A stretch of 64,000 nucleotides of DNA from NCBI GenBank assembly GCA_024704765.1, contig JAKMXF010000300.1:372001-436000 (forward strand). The letters run 5' to 3'. A program made the position numbers and the translations under genes. The number at the start of each line of letters is the position of its first letter. Position 1 is the stretch's first letter. The DNA is from Oopsacas minuta (Eukaryota; Animalia; Porifera). The notes under the pieces were generated by a model, which saw only the letters and a list, made by a program, of their open reading frames with translations, made no database searches and was not told the origin of the DNA. Shown here in pieces: positions 20,749-32,169 of the stretch.

Positions 20749-23343
20749 AGCAAGCAAGCAATCCCTTGTATGACAGTGTCACTAATAAAACTAATATTTC
20801 TGGTGTAAATAAGCCACCAAAATTGAAAGCAATCGCTCAGCCTGTGTCACGATTAAATCCGCTACGCTCTCCACTGAAAAGCTTCCCTACTCAACAGGAG
20901 TGTGAATTTGATATTATAGGGGATATCGTCTCTATGCCTCTGAGTCCTTCTACACCCAATAATAAGAGAAATATATTTGGTATGACCAGGTCTACATCTG
21001 AGAATCAATTAGCTCGATCTTCTTCTTACAATTCAAGTGAAAGTGTAGACAGCTGTTTCACTTTGAATAAACTATTTGATAAAGATGGTCTTCCAGTATG
21101 TTATTCTTCTATAGCAATATTTGTAGTAGTATATTAATTTAATTGAATAAATAGGATGTTAATATAATTGAAGAAGATGATGGTATCACACGGATAGGAG
21201 ATCTACATATCACAGATTTAAAGAAGATAGGATCGTTAGCTCTTATAGAGCTAACTGCTATTCTAGACAATTACAATCTTGTCCTTAAAAAGAGTAAAAC
21301 TCCTAAAATGAAGCCTAAAGGTATTCGAATCATAAAATTTTGTTATAGTATTTCATATGTATATTTCACTTGTAGAGATTGGAGTTTTCGGTGTTTCTAT
21401 CGATCAGATGTTAGTACACGATTTGAAGAGACGGCCTCACTATAAAGGCAATGTACCTCTGTTTCTTGAAGAGGTAATTAGCACATTTTAATATATACAA
21501 TATAATAAGCTATTATCCAAAGTATCTTTATAGATTTGTGAATGTATAGAAGATAGAGGTAATAGAATTTATAGTGATTAATTGATTGAGATATTTGTAT
21601 CTATCTGTCTTTATAGGTCTCTCTGAGGAAGGGATATTGCGGATTCCTGGAAACGTTGCTAGAGTGAAGGTATGTAAGTATACATATATCCGTGTGTTGT
21701 TCGAATTACATTTGGATAAATTTAATACATAGAAAATAGTCGAGGGTATAGAGTGCTCGTTTAACAACGGTCGCTTCTCATGGAATGGAATATCTACTAA
21801 AGATCTGTCTAGCATTTTAAAACAGTTTCTAAGGTAACAAATAAACAGAAATACTCCTACAGCCTTAGTGTTTATAGAATCTGTCTTATTTAGAGATATG
21901 CCATCACCTCTAGTGACTCACGAGTTCCTTGAAACATTTCTAGTAATAAACAGTGAGTTTGATAGCTAACAATAAAGTTGTTATTGAATATACAACTCAC
22001 TCACTATAGATGTTCCTGATCCGTTGGAGAAACTGAAAGCCCTCAACTACCTGATCTTAACCCTCCCTCTTACACACAGTGCGTGTCTTAAACGTATCCT
22101 ACAATTCACTAATAAAGTAATTAACCATTGTGAACTTAACAAGATGAATATGACAAACTGCTCCTTAGTAATTGCTCCCAATTTATTCTATACACCAGCA
22201 CGTCCTGTTGCTGGTAAGAACGGTTTAGCTAATGAAGAAGTACAGAGAGCTACAGCTATCACTGATATAATGAAAATGATTATTAAATATCATGATGCTT
22301 TATGGGTTGTAAGTTATTTACAGAATTATGTATGTATGGAATGCTAACAGCATGTATAATGTTGAGGGCTGTTATTAGCTTGCGTAAGGCAATACTTATA
22401 ATTATGATATCAGTACCTAGCACTGATGATAATTATTGCCTTTTGCGGCATGAACGATTTGATTTAAAATATTAATAGTGTAATAGTATAATCAATATCT
22501 GCTCACGGTTAAGTGCTAATTTTTGTTACAATTTGATTTCAGTTTGAATTGTAATTTATTGAAAATTATTTCTTGACTAAGTCGCCAGATTATTGTTGCA
22601 CAATTATTAGATCCCAAATCAGCTGATTACAATATTAAGGATGCAGATGGATCAACAAAACAACAACTTAACGCCATTCAAAAAGGTAACATGAATCACG
22701 TATTATTAAATTTGCTGAATTCGAAAGTGTAATTTATTATTTCTTAGAATCCGAAACGCTGGAATTTTTTTCGAACAGGAACGAATAGTTTGAAAAAGCA
22801 AAAGAATCCAATGATACAGGATAACATGGTAAGTTAATGTAGCTACAATATATATATATAGTAATTCTTATTAAATATATTATTTCAAAGATAAATGATA
22901 CGTTAATACTGCGCATACAAGGACCTCTATTCGTACAAAAGTCTAAAGCATTTAAAGTAGATCAATTACTAACAGCTGGACAAGCCCTCAGAGAATACAG
23001 CAAACAGTTTACAACACACAAAGAGACAATTAATAAATGGTATCCTATGACTCGACAGGTTTGCTATGGTTGTTTTGGCCAGAAACATTACCCAGACACA
23101 GTTGATTTACTGGAAAGACTCTCATTAGAAGATTTACATATTTACGAATTCTCTGGGAATTTAAGTAAGTGAATTTTAATGCTATAAAAGTTGTTACCTA
23201 TATATTGACATACTTCTTTAGAAATTAGAAGACTGAATAACAAAGCTTTATTACACGCAGTTCGGATGTCAAATCCAAATGCAGTATTTATAGTTCTTCC
23301 AGATTCATTTCCCGATCCTAATCGTCTCCTCCAGGAGAGGTAG
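19859..23343 (+). CDS. ARHGAP18: ARHGAP18/28/40-family RhoGAP; 17 exons (19859-19900, 19955-20093, 20149-20214, 20274-20479, 20539-20643, 20751-21095, 21155-21320, 21376-21473, 21534-21558, 21617-21669, 21733-21833, 21894-21952, 22010-22308, 22611-22685, 22748-22828, 22891-23164, 23222-23343); 751 aa
   Basis: Spliced product has WLEDAGM, QASVVRRRV, TRIGDL..LALIELTAILD, GVFGVSI, EEGILRIPG (arginine finger), LKQFLRDMP, NKMNMTNCSLVIAPNLF and a C-terminal Ubl-like HIYEFSGN. All 16 introns are GT-AG and phase-consistent. Mostly missed by the ORF track. Confidence 0.88.
20685..20747. repeat. (TTA)n microsatellite, 21 units with one variant, inside ARHGAP intron 5
   Basis: Directly visible. It explains the 107-nt intron and the poly-Leu of ORF 20661..21137. 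Confidence 0.95.
22418..22554 (+). ncRNA. Candidate intronic Sm-site small RNA (helix, AATTTTTG, hairpin)
   Basis: TAGCAC 22418-22423 pairs with GTGCTA 22513-22518; AATTTTTG at 22518-22525; hairpin TTACAATT/AATTGTAA 22526-22554. Lies in a 302-nt intron where about 58 nt is the norm. Family not identified. Confidence 0.3.
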
Positions 23344-23663
23344 ACAGATAATTACAATTTTTAACCTTAAAATATGTTAAGCATGGCTCTATTATGTATT
23401 ATAGTCATTGATAATTAATAATATTAAGAGAATAATTATATATGAATTTACTTGCTATATTATTACATAACATTAAATATAATACCTGGTATTAGTTTAC
23501 TGGTAGTGGGTAATCTTAATTCAAAATTAGATCAAGCCAGCTTGTCTGACTTCTGACAGATGACATATTTTCTAATCGATGACTCTTAGTCACATATATA
23601 GATGGGATAATTATTTTGTGATTCGTTTGCAATTGTTAATTACAGTAATTACTCGTAGTTAGG

Positions 23664-24353
23664 ATGACTAGCTTTAGGTATGTGCCTTTTGAAGATTCGG
23701 GAAGTGATAAACAAGTGAATAATCATCAGATCGGACCTCTCATCGCGGCTTTTCAAACTTTAGACACCAATAGACAGGGGTTCTTTCCCAAGGACATCTT
23801 ACTCCATATTCTTACAACAAAGGGAGACAGGAAGTTGGACCCGGAATTAGTAGAATTGATACTAGATAAGGTATCGCTAGGAGGTCGTGTGTACTATAAA
23901 GATATTTGTGAGCTATTTAAGGAGACTTCCTTATTAGCAGAATCTGTTATGAATGATAAGCAAAAGAAAGAATTGAAAAGTGTAGAACCAATCGAAGAGG
24001 ATACAAAACTCCCAGGCACAGCCGAAGATGAGCATTGCGACATTTTACAAGAAAGCAAACAAACAACAATTAGCGAAACTTCTGATTCTTCTCCAAGCCT
24101 TGGACAATCCTCCATCGCTACTCCCACCCAACGACCCGATAGTGCTTCACCAGAACCAACAAACATTCCGACAGTCACATTACCAAATAGCGAAACTATA
24201 GATGAACCAACAAGTATTGAAGCAGCCTCAGAAATACAAGATTATGATCTCATAATAAATGCTACTCCCGATGAAGCAACCATAGATAGTGTCGAGGGAA
24301 GCCAAGAGAACATCCCTGAGCTGTTGAAACTGTCTTCACCAAGTCAAAACTGA
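23664..24353 (+). CDS. Divergent calmodulin-like EF-hand pair with acidic Ser/Thr/Pro-rich tail (EFCAB2/EFCAB7-like)
   Basis: LIAAFQTLDTNRQGFFPKDILLHILTTKGD resembles a calmodulin C-lobe. 229-codon ORF. Confidence 0.65.
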   Translation: MTSFRYVPFEDSGSDKQVNNHQIGPLIAAFQTLDTNRQGFFPKDILLHILTTKGDRKLDPELVELILDKVSLGGRVYYKDICELFKETSLLAESVMNDKQKKELKSVEPIEEDTKLPGTAEDEHCDILQESKQTTISETSDSSPSLGQSSIATPTQRPDSASPEPTNIPTVTLPNSETIDEPTSIEAASEIQDYDLIINATPDEATIDSVEGSQENIPELLKLSSPSQN

Positions 24354-24963
24354 ACACATAACAATATTTATTACGTAGTTGTCAATTTTATAATTTTTAA
24401 CGCATTTCTCACTTATTGTATCATTATTATTAATTCATTTCGTTACTTGTTAATATTCTTCTAAGCTATAAAGTACAGTGTCTTGTAATTTAGTCAAATA
24501 ATTATCAGTTCAATAATATGTATATACACATAATCACGTACAGGTTTCAGTCTTAAGGTAGTGATAGGAACATGGTGGCACTCACAAGGCACATTGTACT
24601 AACATGGCTATAACGTAATCAGAATCACTTTCAAATTATAAGTAATCGAGCACACACACGTGCTTCAATCTTTTAGCATGACTGTATTTGTAAAAGATAA
24701 ACATAATGCAATTCAATTCCAGGTAAAATAACCACGATTATGTCATTGCTATTTCAGAAGTACTTTCAATGATCAGCATTACAACTGTTGGATCATATAA
24801 ATACTCCACTTCGAATAAAAACAAATTAATCAATAAAAATTAGTTTCTGATTATTACACAATAGTAATCAGCTTGACAACATCACCCGTAGACATGATGG
24901 TTGCATCAATAATTAATTGAGAAGTTTGTAGTATTTAAATCGGTATTTTGAACTAGCTAAGGT

Positions 24964-25389
24964 ATGGGAGCAAGATTTCTTAGCAGATCGTGGTTGAGAT
25001 TAAAACCACTAATCGACCAAAAAGTGATTGCCGAGCCGATATGGTTTAAAGTAGCACAGACATTTCCGCCCTTACCTCTCCCTGAGCTCAATGAGAAGGG
25101 AGATAAGCAGGATATACGAGAATTATTCCCGGAGGAAGTGGAACGAAGAAAAGTTGATGAGAAGTATCAGGTTGAACAAATGCACGTGTTGTGGGAAAAT
25201 GAGAAGGGGATAGTGTTTGGCAGGGAAGAGCTGAGGAAAAATATATCTGGATTCCTTGGAGATGAAGCAGATGAAGAGGTAGCATGGAAAGTTGCATTAC
25301 TCAAATTAAAAAGGATGCAAGTGAAGAATGTAGAGTTAGATAGGAAACGGGAAAAGCTGTTAGACCTTAAGAAATTACGTAGTTTGTAG
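24964..25389 (+). CDS. MRPS23: Probable mitochondrial ribosomal protein mS23; single exon
   Basis: N-terminal EPIWFKVAQTFPP matches the mS23/Rsm25 PLWF..FPP motif; size is compatible. Confidence 0.6.
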   Translation: MGARFLSRSWLRLKPLIDQKVIAEPIWFKVAQTFPPLPLPELNEKGDKQDIRELFPEEVERRKVDEKYQVEQMHVLWENEKGIVFGREELRKNISGFLGDEADEEVAWKVALLKLKRMQVKNVELDRKREKLLDLKKLRSL

Positions 25390-25501
25390 GAATTATACAT
25401 CACTTACTAATCGAGGCGAATATTTTCATAAAATTTACAAACCTCATTTTTATTATAAATTCTATATTATTATTCAATTAGCTTAAATTAACATTTCCGA
25501 G

Positions 25502-26662
25502 ATGACTGAGTTTTATGATGGACCAGGAGTTCATGCACCTGGACATTACAAAGGAGCAGACACGCAGAACACGAGGAGAATGGAAATTGAAAATAAAAAT
25601 TTGTCTCAAGAAATAGAGTCATTGAAATCGCAGCATCTCCATTTAAGAGAGGATCTGAAACGAGCAAATACTGACCTGTTACATTACAAAGATAGAACAC
25701 AAGGACTTCAAAAACAAGTATCTGGACTTAAATCTGGTAAGTTTATTTATATTCTCAATACATATACATTTTCTGTTTTTAACTGTGTATATATCTAGGA
25801 AAATATAAACCTGATCAAGTTCCAGAATTCAAAACTCCAAATCCAAACCAACAAATTATTAAAGCACTTATCAAGGAGAACGAAGAGTTGAAAAAACGAA
25901 TCGAACTCTTGAAAGAAATTAAAGATAAAGTCAAAACCAATGCTTCCAGCATGGACCAGTCTGATCTCTACGATGCACTGACATACTTAGAGGAGGAAAA
26001 CAAAAACTTGAGATCTCAGCTGAATTTAGGCGGGGAAACTTCTGAGCATTCTATAATCGGAAAAGAAAGTGAAAATATTGAAATTGCAAAACTCAAAGAA
26101 AAGTTACAAATTTCATGTAAGCTAATATAACTAAGACTAGAAAGATTATTGTACTAGTAATTCAAGTAGTGATACACTATATTCACGGTTTTATTATTAT
26201 TATCCTATAGTGAATTGGTCCCGTGATCTCTCTGATCATAACGCGACACTGAAAAAAGAATTAGACAAAGCTCTCGTAGGAAATATTAATATAGATCCCA
26301 CAAAACGAATCGTTGATAAAGATCCCATGGTGTGTATATCTCGCACACCAGAAATTCCTGCCTCACCTTATTCATACCAACAAATGCCTACATCCAGACC
26401 TCCAGCTAGAATGGTGGATCCAATTAATTTCAAGCAATACCCTGGACCTTACGTAGAACATAGTCCTATAACTCCTAATTGGCAAGATTCTTATCCTTAC
26501 ACAGAATCAATATACCAACAAATGCACACACAAACTCCACCAACTGAAGTTATAATGCCACAACCACCACTACAAGGAGCCAGCGCATTGCATCAGAAAG
26601 AACATCAACGCACTGGACAACCCCCCTATAATTCACAAGGCCCGTACCTTGGATACAAATAA
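25502..26662 (+). CDS. Uncharacterised coiled-coil protein with Pro/Gln/Tyr-rich tail; exons 25502-25736, 25799-26116, 26211-26662; 334 aa
   Basis: Three ORFs joined by phase-1 GT-AG introns (62 and 94 nt); heptad-rich segments; no family recognised. Confidence 0.7.
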
Positions 26663-29061
26663 CTAGCTCATGTTATCATGGATTAAGTGTTGGTGTATGT
26701 CTATAGAATACCATGAATAAGTCGAATTAGGCTTGCAAACAGCTTTGCTTTATAGTTGTATACATTTTAGCTTATTTGTATATTATTTATATAACACTAG
26801 CTGTAAAGTCACGTTGTTTGGTATTGTAGTACTAGCATAGAAGTATGTATGTGTTTTATGTGATTATATTTGCAGTTAGTGTCATTATCCTTAGTACGTA
26901 CATATACAGATAACCTGGGATTAATGACTAGCAATTAGTTTAAAATGTTGTAAGGTTTGTAGCTACTAAAACTCGTATCTCATAGCTCATGAGATGAAAC
27001 TAAGGATTCACCAATATGTCGGTTCTCTAGTTTATAAAATAATGGAGACGGTAAATAGTAATTGAAACTTCTTAAAAAACTAACCATAATTTACTGGCCA
27101 TTTTTAAACAATACTAAGATTAGGAACATAATTGCATAAGCACTGATACTGCAACCATTTGGTGCGTAGTTTGAATTCATTTAAGGGTATATCATTTATT
27201 TGATAATTATTCAGACGCCACCTCTTCTAAAATACGTAAATTACTTCTCAGATTCTCTTATACTAACAAGGTCAGAGCTTGATTTGCAAGGCATTTGGCC
27301 CCACCTATGTTACAACAGTTCAAACCATATGAATTGTAATTTATTGTGCTAATTCATTCAAAGAAGTGTCAATTCCTTGATAAATATTCAAATTATCACA
27401 AAGTTAGAGGACATTCTCATATATGTATATTCATGCAGAAGTTGCATAGCTTGGAAGTAAATATTGACTAGTATGATCTGATCTTTTGTAATGTTAGAGT
27501 AAGCTACGCTACATGATAATTCAATAAAAATAACCCGATCAACTTAATTTTGATCATGATCTCGTAAGAATTGCTTCTAATCTAATCCCCACAGACAATA
27601 TATTCATTGAATTACTTGCTAACAGATCATTGAGGTATAAGTAATCATGAATTAACCAATTTACTTTGTTAATGTATTACACAGTAATTTATATTTAGCA
27701 ATCATTGTCTTGTAATAATTATTTTTAAAGAATTCGATGGTTAATTAATAAATACACAAATTTGATTGTTATACAATTGATGATTGAATTATAGCTCAAG
27801 TTAATAGTATAATTAATATTATAATTAATTAATAATAATAGCTTACTAAACAGCTTCGTATCAGATTGTTTGCATGGTTAGGTTATGTCCTATTTGCAAT
27901 AGTTAGTAAACTGTGAAAGAACATCAAAATAACAGTCATTCATGTATAATAAACTTATATAGAAATTGAGTACGGCAATGAATTTTCTCGGAGAAATCTT
28001 TATGCATTATCACTAGGAACAGAATTTTTAAGCATTTAGGTGAAACTTGCTTGACCTTGATGATAATTGGAAAAGTATCATGTTAAAATGTGGTATCTAA
28101 TGACGGTCCCAGGATCCTCTACAGCAATAAATAGAGTAATATATGCTCAAACTTATACCCACAGATTATATTAGTTGCGATAATTATTGTAATAGAGGCT
28201 ATAGTTATTTGAGATAAGGTTTATGCTATAGTGGAGCATTACATTTATACTAGAAGAAGGATAGATATTCAATGGAATTGGGTTAATTAACAAAAGAGAT
28301 ACTTTTGGACTCGATTGGGCCCAGACCAAGTTGCAAGTTAATAAACAAAATCCCTTCCATTCTAGTTAACAAATTCAAATTGTGGGAACTCAGACTATGT
28401 GTTTGAGACAGTAGACGACAAGATATTAAAGATCAAAGAAATTTTGAGCATGTGTTCACCAATAAAATGATTGATTCAAAGATACATGGAAACCATTTGT
28501 ATATTTGTTGTTACAAACCTCAGCAACGCCTTAACAATATCTCCTTACTTTAACTTATATTACTCAATTGAATGCTCGTAAGGTATCCCAATCATACGCT
28601 GATAATGAAATATATAAATAATGTAGTTGTTAACCATACGTCGCGTCAGGAACATCGATTACAACTTACTATCCTGAAGCTGGATGGGATTAATTAATTA
28701 ATTACGTAGCTTAATGGTCTAATGATAGTATTGGTAACGTTATCTTCAAGCAGTCATGTTCACAAATTGTTTTCTAGTTTTGAGAGTGTACGAACTGGAT
28801 TTAATAGAGATAGGTTTTAATAACGGACGTTAATTTCAGAATTACATATTATACCGTGTTGAGCACAACTTATCAATTAGCAAGCACATAGCCATGAAAT
28901 ATAAAGCAGCTGGAGCTGGTGTATGCGTTATGCGTGTTAGAAGTAGTCTGAAAGATTTGAATAATTTGTTTGTTAATCACCTAACCAGGCCTTTAAAATT
29001 ATAACAGCGATACAAAAGTTATCATTAAACAAGTAAAACAGGATTACTATATACGGGAGCT

Positions 29062-29394
29062 TTAGGTGTGGAGATAATGTTGCTTCATTTCTCGTAGTGA
29101 GGTGATTTCTTTCATTATTGATCTATACTCTTGCATCAGGAGTCCCTTTTCTACTTCTAGATCTTTTATAGTGTCGTCTATCTTTTGACGCGATTTTCGC
29201 GTGTACACTCTTGACTTTAGTGCCCTTCTCCGCTGTTTGACTAGTTTGATTTCATCAGGAGTCAATCCCAGCTCTGCCAATTTACTATTCAGCTCGTGTC
29301 TGTCTAACTGTTCGATTTCAAAGTCTGGTAACGGTAGAAGACAATGTCGATATTCTATATGCTCACACAGTGTTTCAGCTAATGTTTTAGCCAT
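29062..29394 (-). CDS. Small Maf-like bZIP transcription factor with a non-canonical basic region; 110 aa
   Basis: Extended homology region (EIEQLDRHELNSKL..LTPDEIKLVKQRRRALK) typical of Maf/CNC, then basic region SRVYTRKSRQK and a leucine zipper. Confidence 0.8.
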   Translation of the reverse strand: MAKTLAETLCEHIEYRHCLLPLPDFEIEQLDRHELNSKLAELGLTPDEIKLVKQRRRALKSRVYTRKSRQKIDDTIKDLEVEKGLLMQEYRSIMKEITSLREMKQHYLHT

Positions 29395-30083
29395 TATTAT
29401 ATGTATATTACTTTACAATGCGAGGTATATAAAACAAACTAATTTGTTTTAGATGGTTCTAATACTGCTTAGCCTTTCTCTATTTATACAATAGAAATGC
29501 AGCATAGTAGGTTGCAAACATGTCTGTTTATACTGTGGTGATATATTAGCAAATTTGAATAAATGATACTTCACGAAACGCTGTGAGGAAGAATTGATGA
29601 GTAAACTTAGCTGATAACTGTAATTAAATGAGTAAAGTGTTAATGAGTATTCTTTTTTAGATAATATACGGATTCAAGATAAAAGAATTAGTTCCAGCTG
29701 TTATTTCAAACAAGTACGATATAGCAAGTAGCTTTAATTAAATCTTACACTTTTGTTGGGATTCAATCAGAACTGTTGAATAACACATAAGTACGTGATA
29801 CTTACCAAATGGTAACAGTATACGTATGTAGAATCATCAGATACAAAAATAAATTATTACCTCACTATTTTGATGAGTGAATTTATTCTCCAGCTGTTTG
29901 GAGTTGTTGGGAGGAGAGACTTCTGCTTTGATATTAGAAATTGTAATCAAATTTTCAAATACTCAAGAGATCGAGCAATCCAACAACACTTATTTTCATC
30001 CAATATAATACAATATCGTAAGATTACAGTCTCCACACCACTTAATCTCCTAATTTATTGCATTCATGAGTTACGTAAATACT

Positions 30084-30114
30084 ACACACACACACACACA
30101 CGCACACACACACA
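30084..30114. repeat. (AC)n microsatellite, one interruption
   Basis: Directly visible. Confidence 0.9.
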
Positions 30115-32169
30115 TTATATGCCATGTATAGCTTACAAGATTTGCTGCAAAATAATCATATTCATTGTTCTTACGTAAGCAACCATTATTCCTGGAAAGT
30201 ATAAACGTGTAAATTATTGTTTCCTAAGCTGATCTCTGAAATAATGCAATTTAGCAGCTATCAGGCGGATATTATAAGCAAAATTATAACTTGTCTTTGA
30301 GGGAATAAAATCATAAATTAGCAATTCTGGCAAATAAATTAGGTATAGGGCAAGCTAATCAAACATGATGTGAATTAAAAATAGACGAAACAGGCGTGTT
30401 CTAGACTGTCTACACGTAAGTATTTAAGGTTAGAAATTGAGTTTGAACTCCTCGAACGTAGTTTGCACACTATTCAGTACTCTAGCTTACTATAAGATTA
30501 AATTACAAATAAATCTGAGTTATCTCCTTCACACACGCCTGTAGCTTCTAGATTAGTTTAAATATCTACCTGGTACAGGTTAGGTTAGTGTAAATTCCAC
30601 AGAGTTTAGTTCGGGTGAGAGAGCAAATTTAGTTAGCATTAAATTAAGGACGGGTTGGTAACGTTTCATAGGTTTTTAAGCTTGTTTGAGATTACCAAAT
30701 AACTACAAATAATCATACTGAATCAACAATTGCTCAATCCTAACGCGAATTGACAAACTTCTATGAAATATACTAATGAATTGTATGCCATTGCAACAGA
30801 ATGACGCTTTTAACAAGTACATACATACATGTCGTAGAGTCCCAGGGATGGTTACTATTCCAATTATTAAATAAATGAGTCTGCATCGCATTTACGAAAT
30901 TTAAATATACTTTGCATAGCATTGATATGACCTTTATGATGCTCTTAATTTCAGTTTATACAGTGAATTGCTACCTGAGCAGACAATTAATTAAAATTAA
31001 ACACAGATAATCAAATCTTATATGCTATATTATCTGCTGCTATCTAATGAGCAAAATAACTCTTTTGTGTTTTGTAACTGTAGGCGTGTTAACAAAGTGT
31101 AATTTAATTGGACAGGTTTTGCTAATAATGTTGATATAAGCAATATATGGGAATAATGAACAGTATATTGAAAGAAAAATGAGATGGCATAAGTTGCAGT
31201 CCTTGTATGGATAATATATGTACTTGTTAAGACTTTACTGCAATACAAATTAGAACCTGGAGTTATCCAATTTATGCCATAGTGTCTATTATCACGATAT
31301 TGTGAACAAAATGAATAAACATGTAGTTGGTAATTAGCATCAGGTTGGAATGCTCATTTATAGATTTGTAGACTATATGAGCTGATTATAATAGCATTAC
31401 AATATGAAATACTGATTGATTTCGTAGGAAAATGTTACAATGACTTTCTCCACGGTCAGTTAATCATATTAACCTCGAATAGGATATCGCTTAATGTTGT
31501 CATATAAGTGAGACGAACAAATTCACCAGGAGTTTAATCTGCTTATCTCTAGTCCAATACAGTCAGTCATAGTCACCTCTGATAAATATATTATATATTA
31601 TTGGGATAATCGCTTAATTGATACAGCCATGTATATGACACACTGTATTTATTAGGATAGATTCAGTATCGGGGACATTGTCTTGTGGATAACTAATAAG
31701 CAAGTAACCATATTCTACAATTTGACTTATTGTATCTTCTAATGGATATGATGATTTGAAACGTATAAATAGGTAATTAGGTGCACTGAAAGGTCTCGGT
31801 TAGTTTCAATAATATTTCATATTTTAGCTGACTTAACTTTTCGTTTCCAATGAGCTGGGTGAGAATGAGAAGATATTTAGTCTATAGCTAGCTATACACT
31901 TGTAATCAGCATGACTACAATACTTGTACCAGAACCACTAACGAGATGTGTATAAGAGACAACAACATAAGGTGACGAATACGCATATCAGACTAATTGA
32001 CGATGTAATGCAAATTAATAAAATTGTTTTAAGCCCTTTAACAATTGGTAAAATATACTTTGTTCTTTTATTATATGCAAAACATTCTCAAATATGTCTG
32101 CGGCTATTTTCTTAATAACAATTCATATTACAGCAATTTATACATTCAGCATTTACGGAAAAGATAAAT

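Noticed and set aside
20661-20750. Apparent signal peptide (poly-Leu) of ORF 20661..21137
   Set aside because: It is the translation of the intronic (TTA)n microsatellite; the real exon starts at 20751.
22418-22518. Box C/D snoRNA reading of the ARHGAP intron 13 element
   Set aside because: Box C and a terminal stem are present but the D position reads TTAA, with no GA for a kink-turn. Kept only as an Sm-site RNA candidate.
30390-30542. 10-bp inverted repeat ACAGGCGTGT/ACACGCCTGT
   Set aside because: Too short, with no target-site duplication or further support for a MITE.
31749-31832. ATGATGA..CTGA..CTGA box pattern upstream of the bZIP gene
   Set aside because: No terminal stem, no recognisable rRNA or snRNA guide, and antisense to the local gene run.
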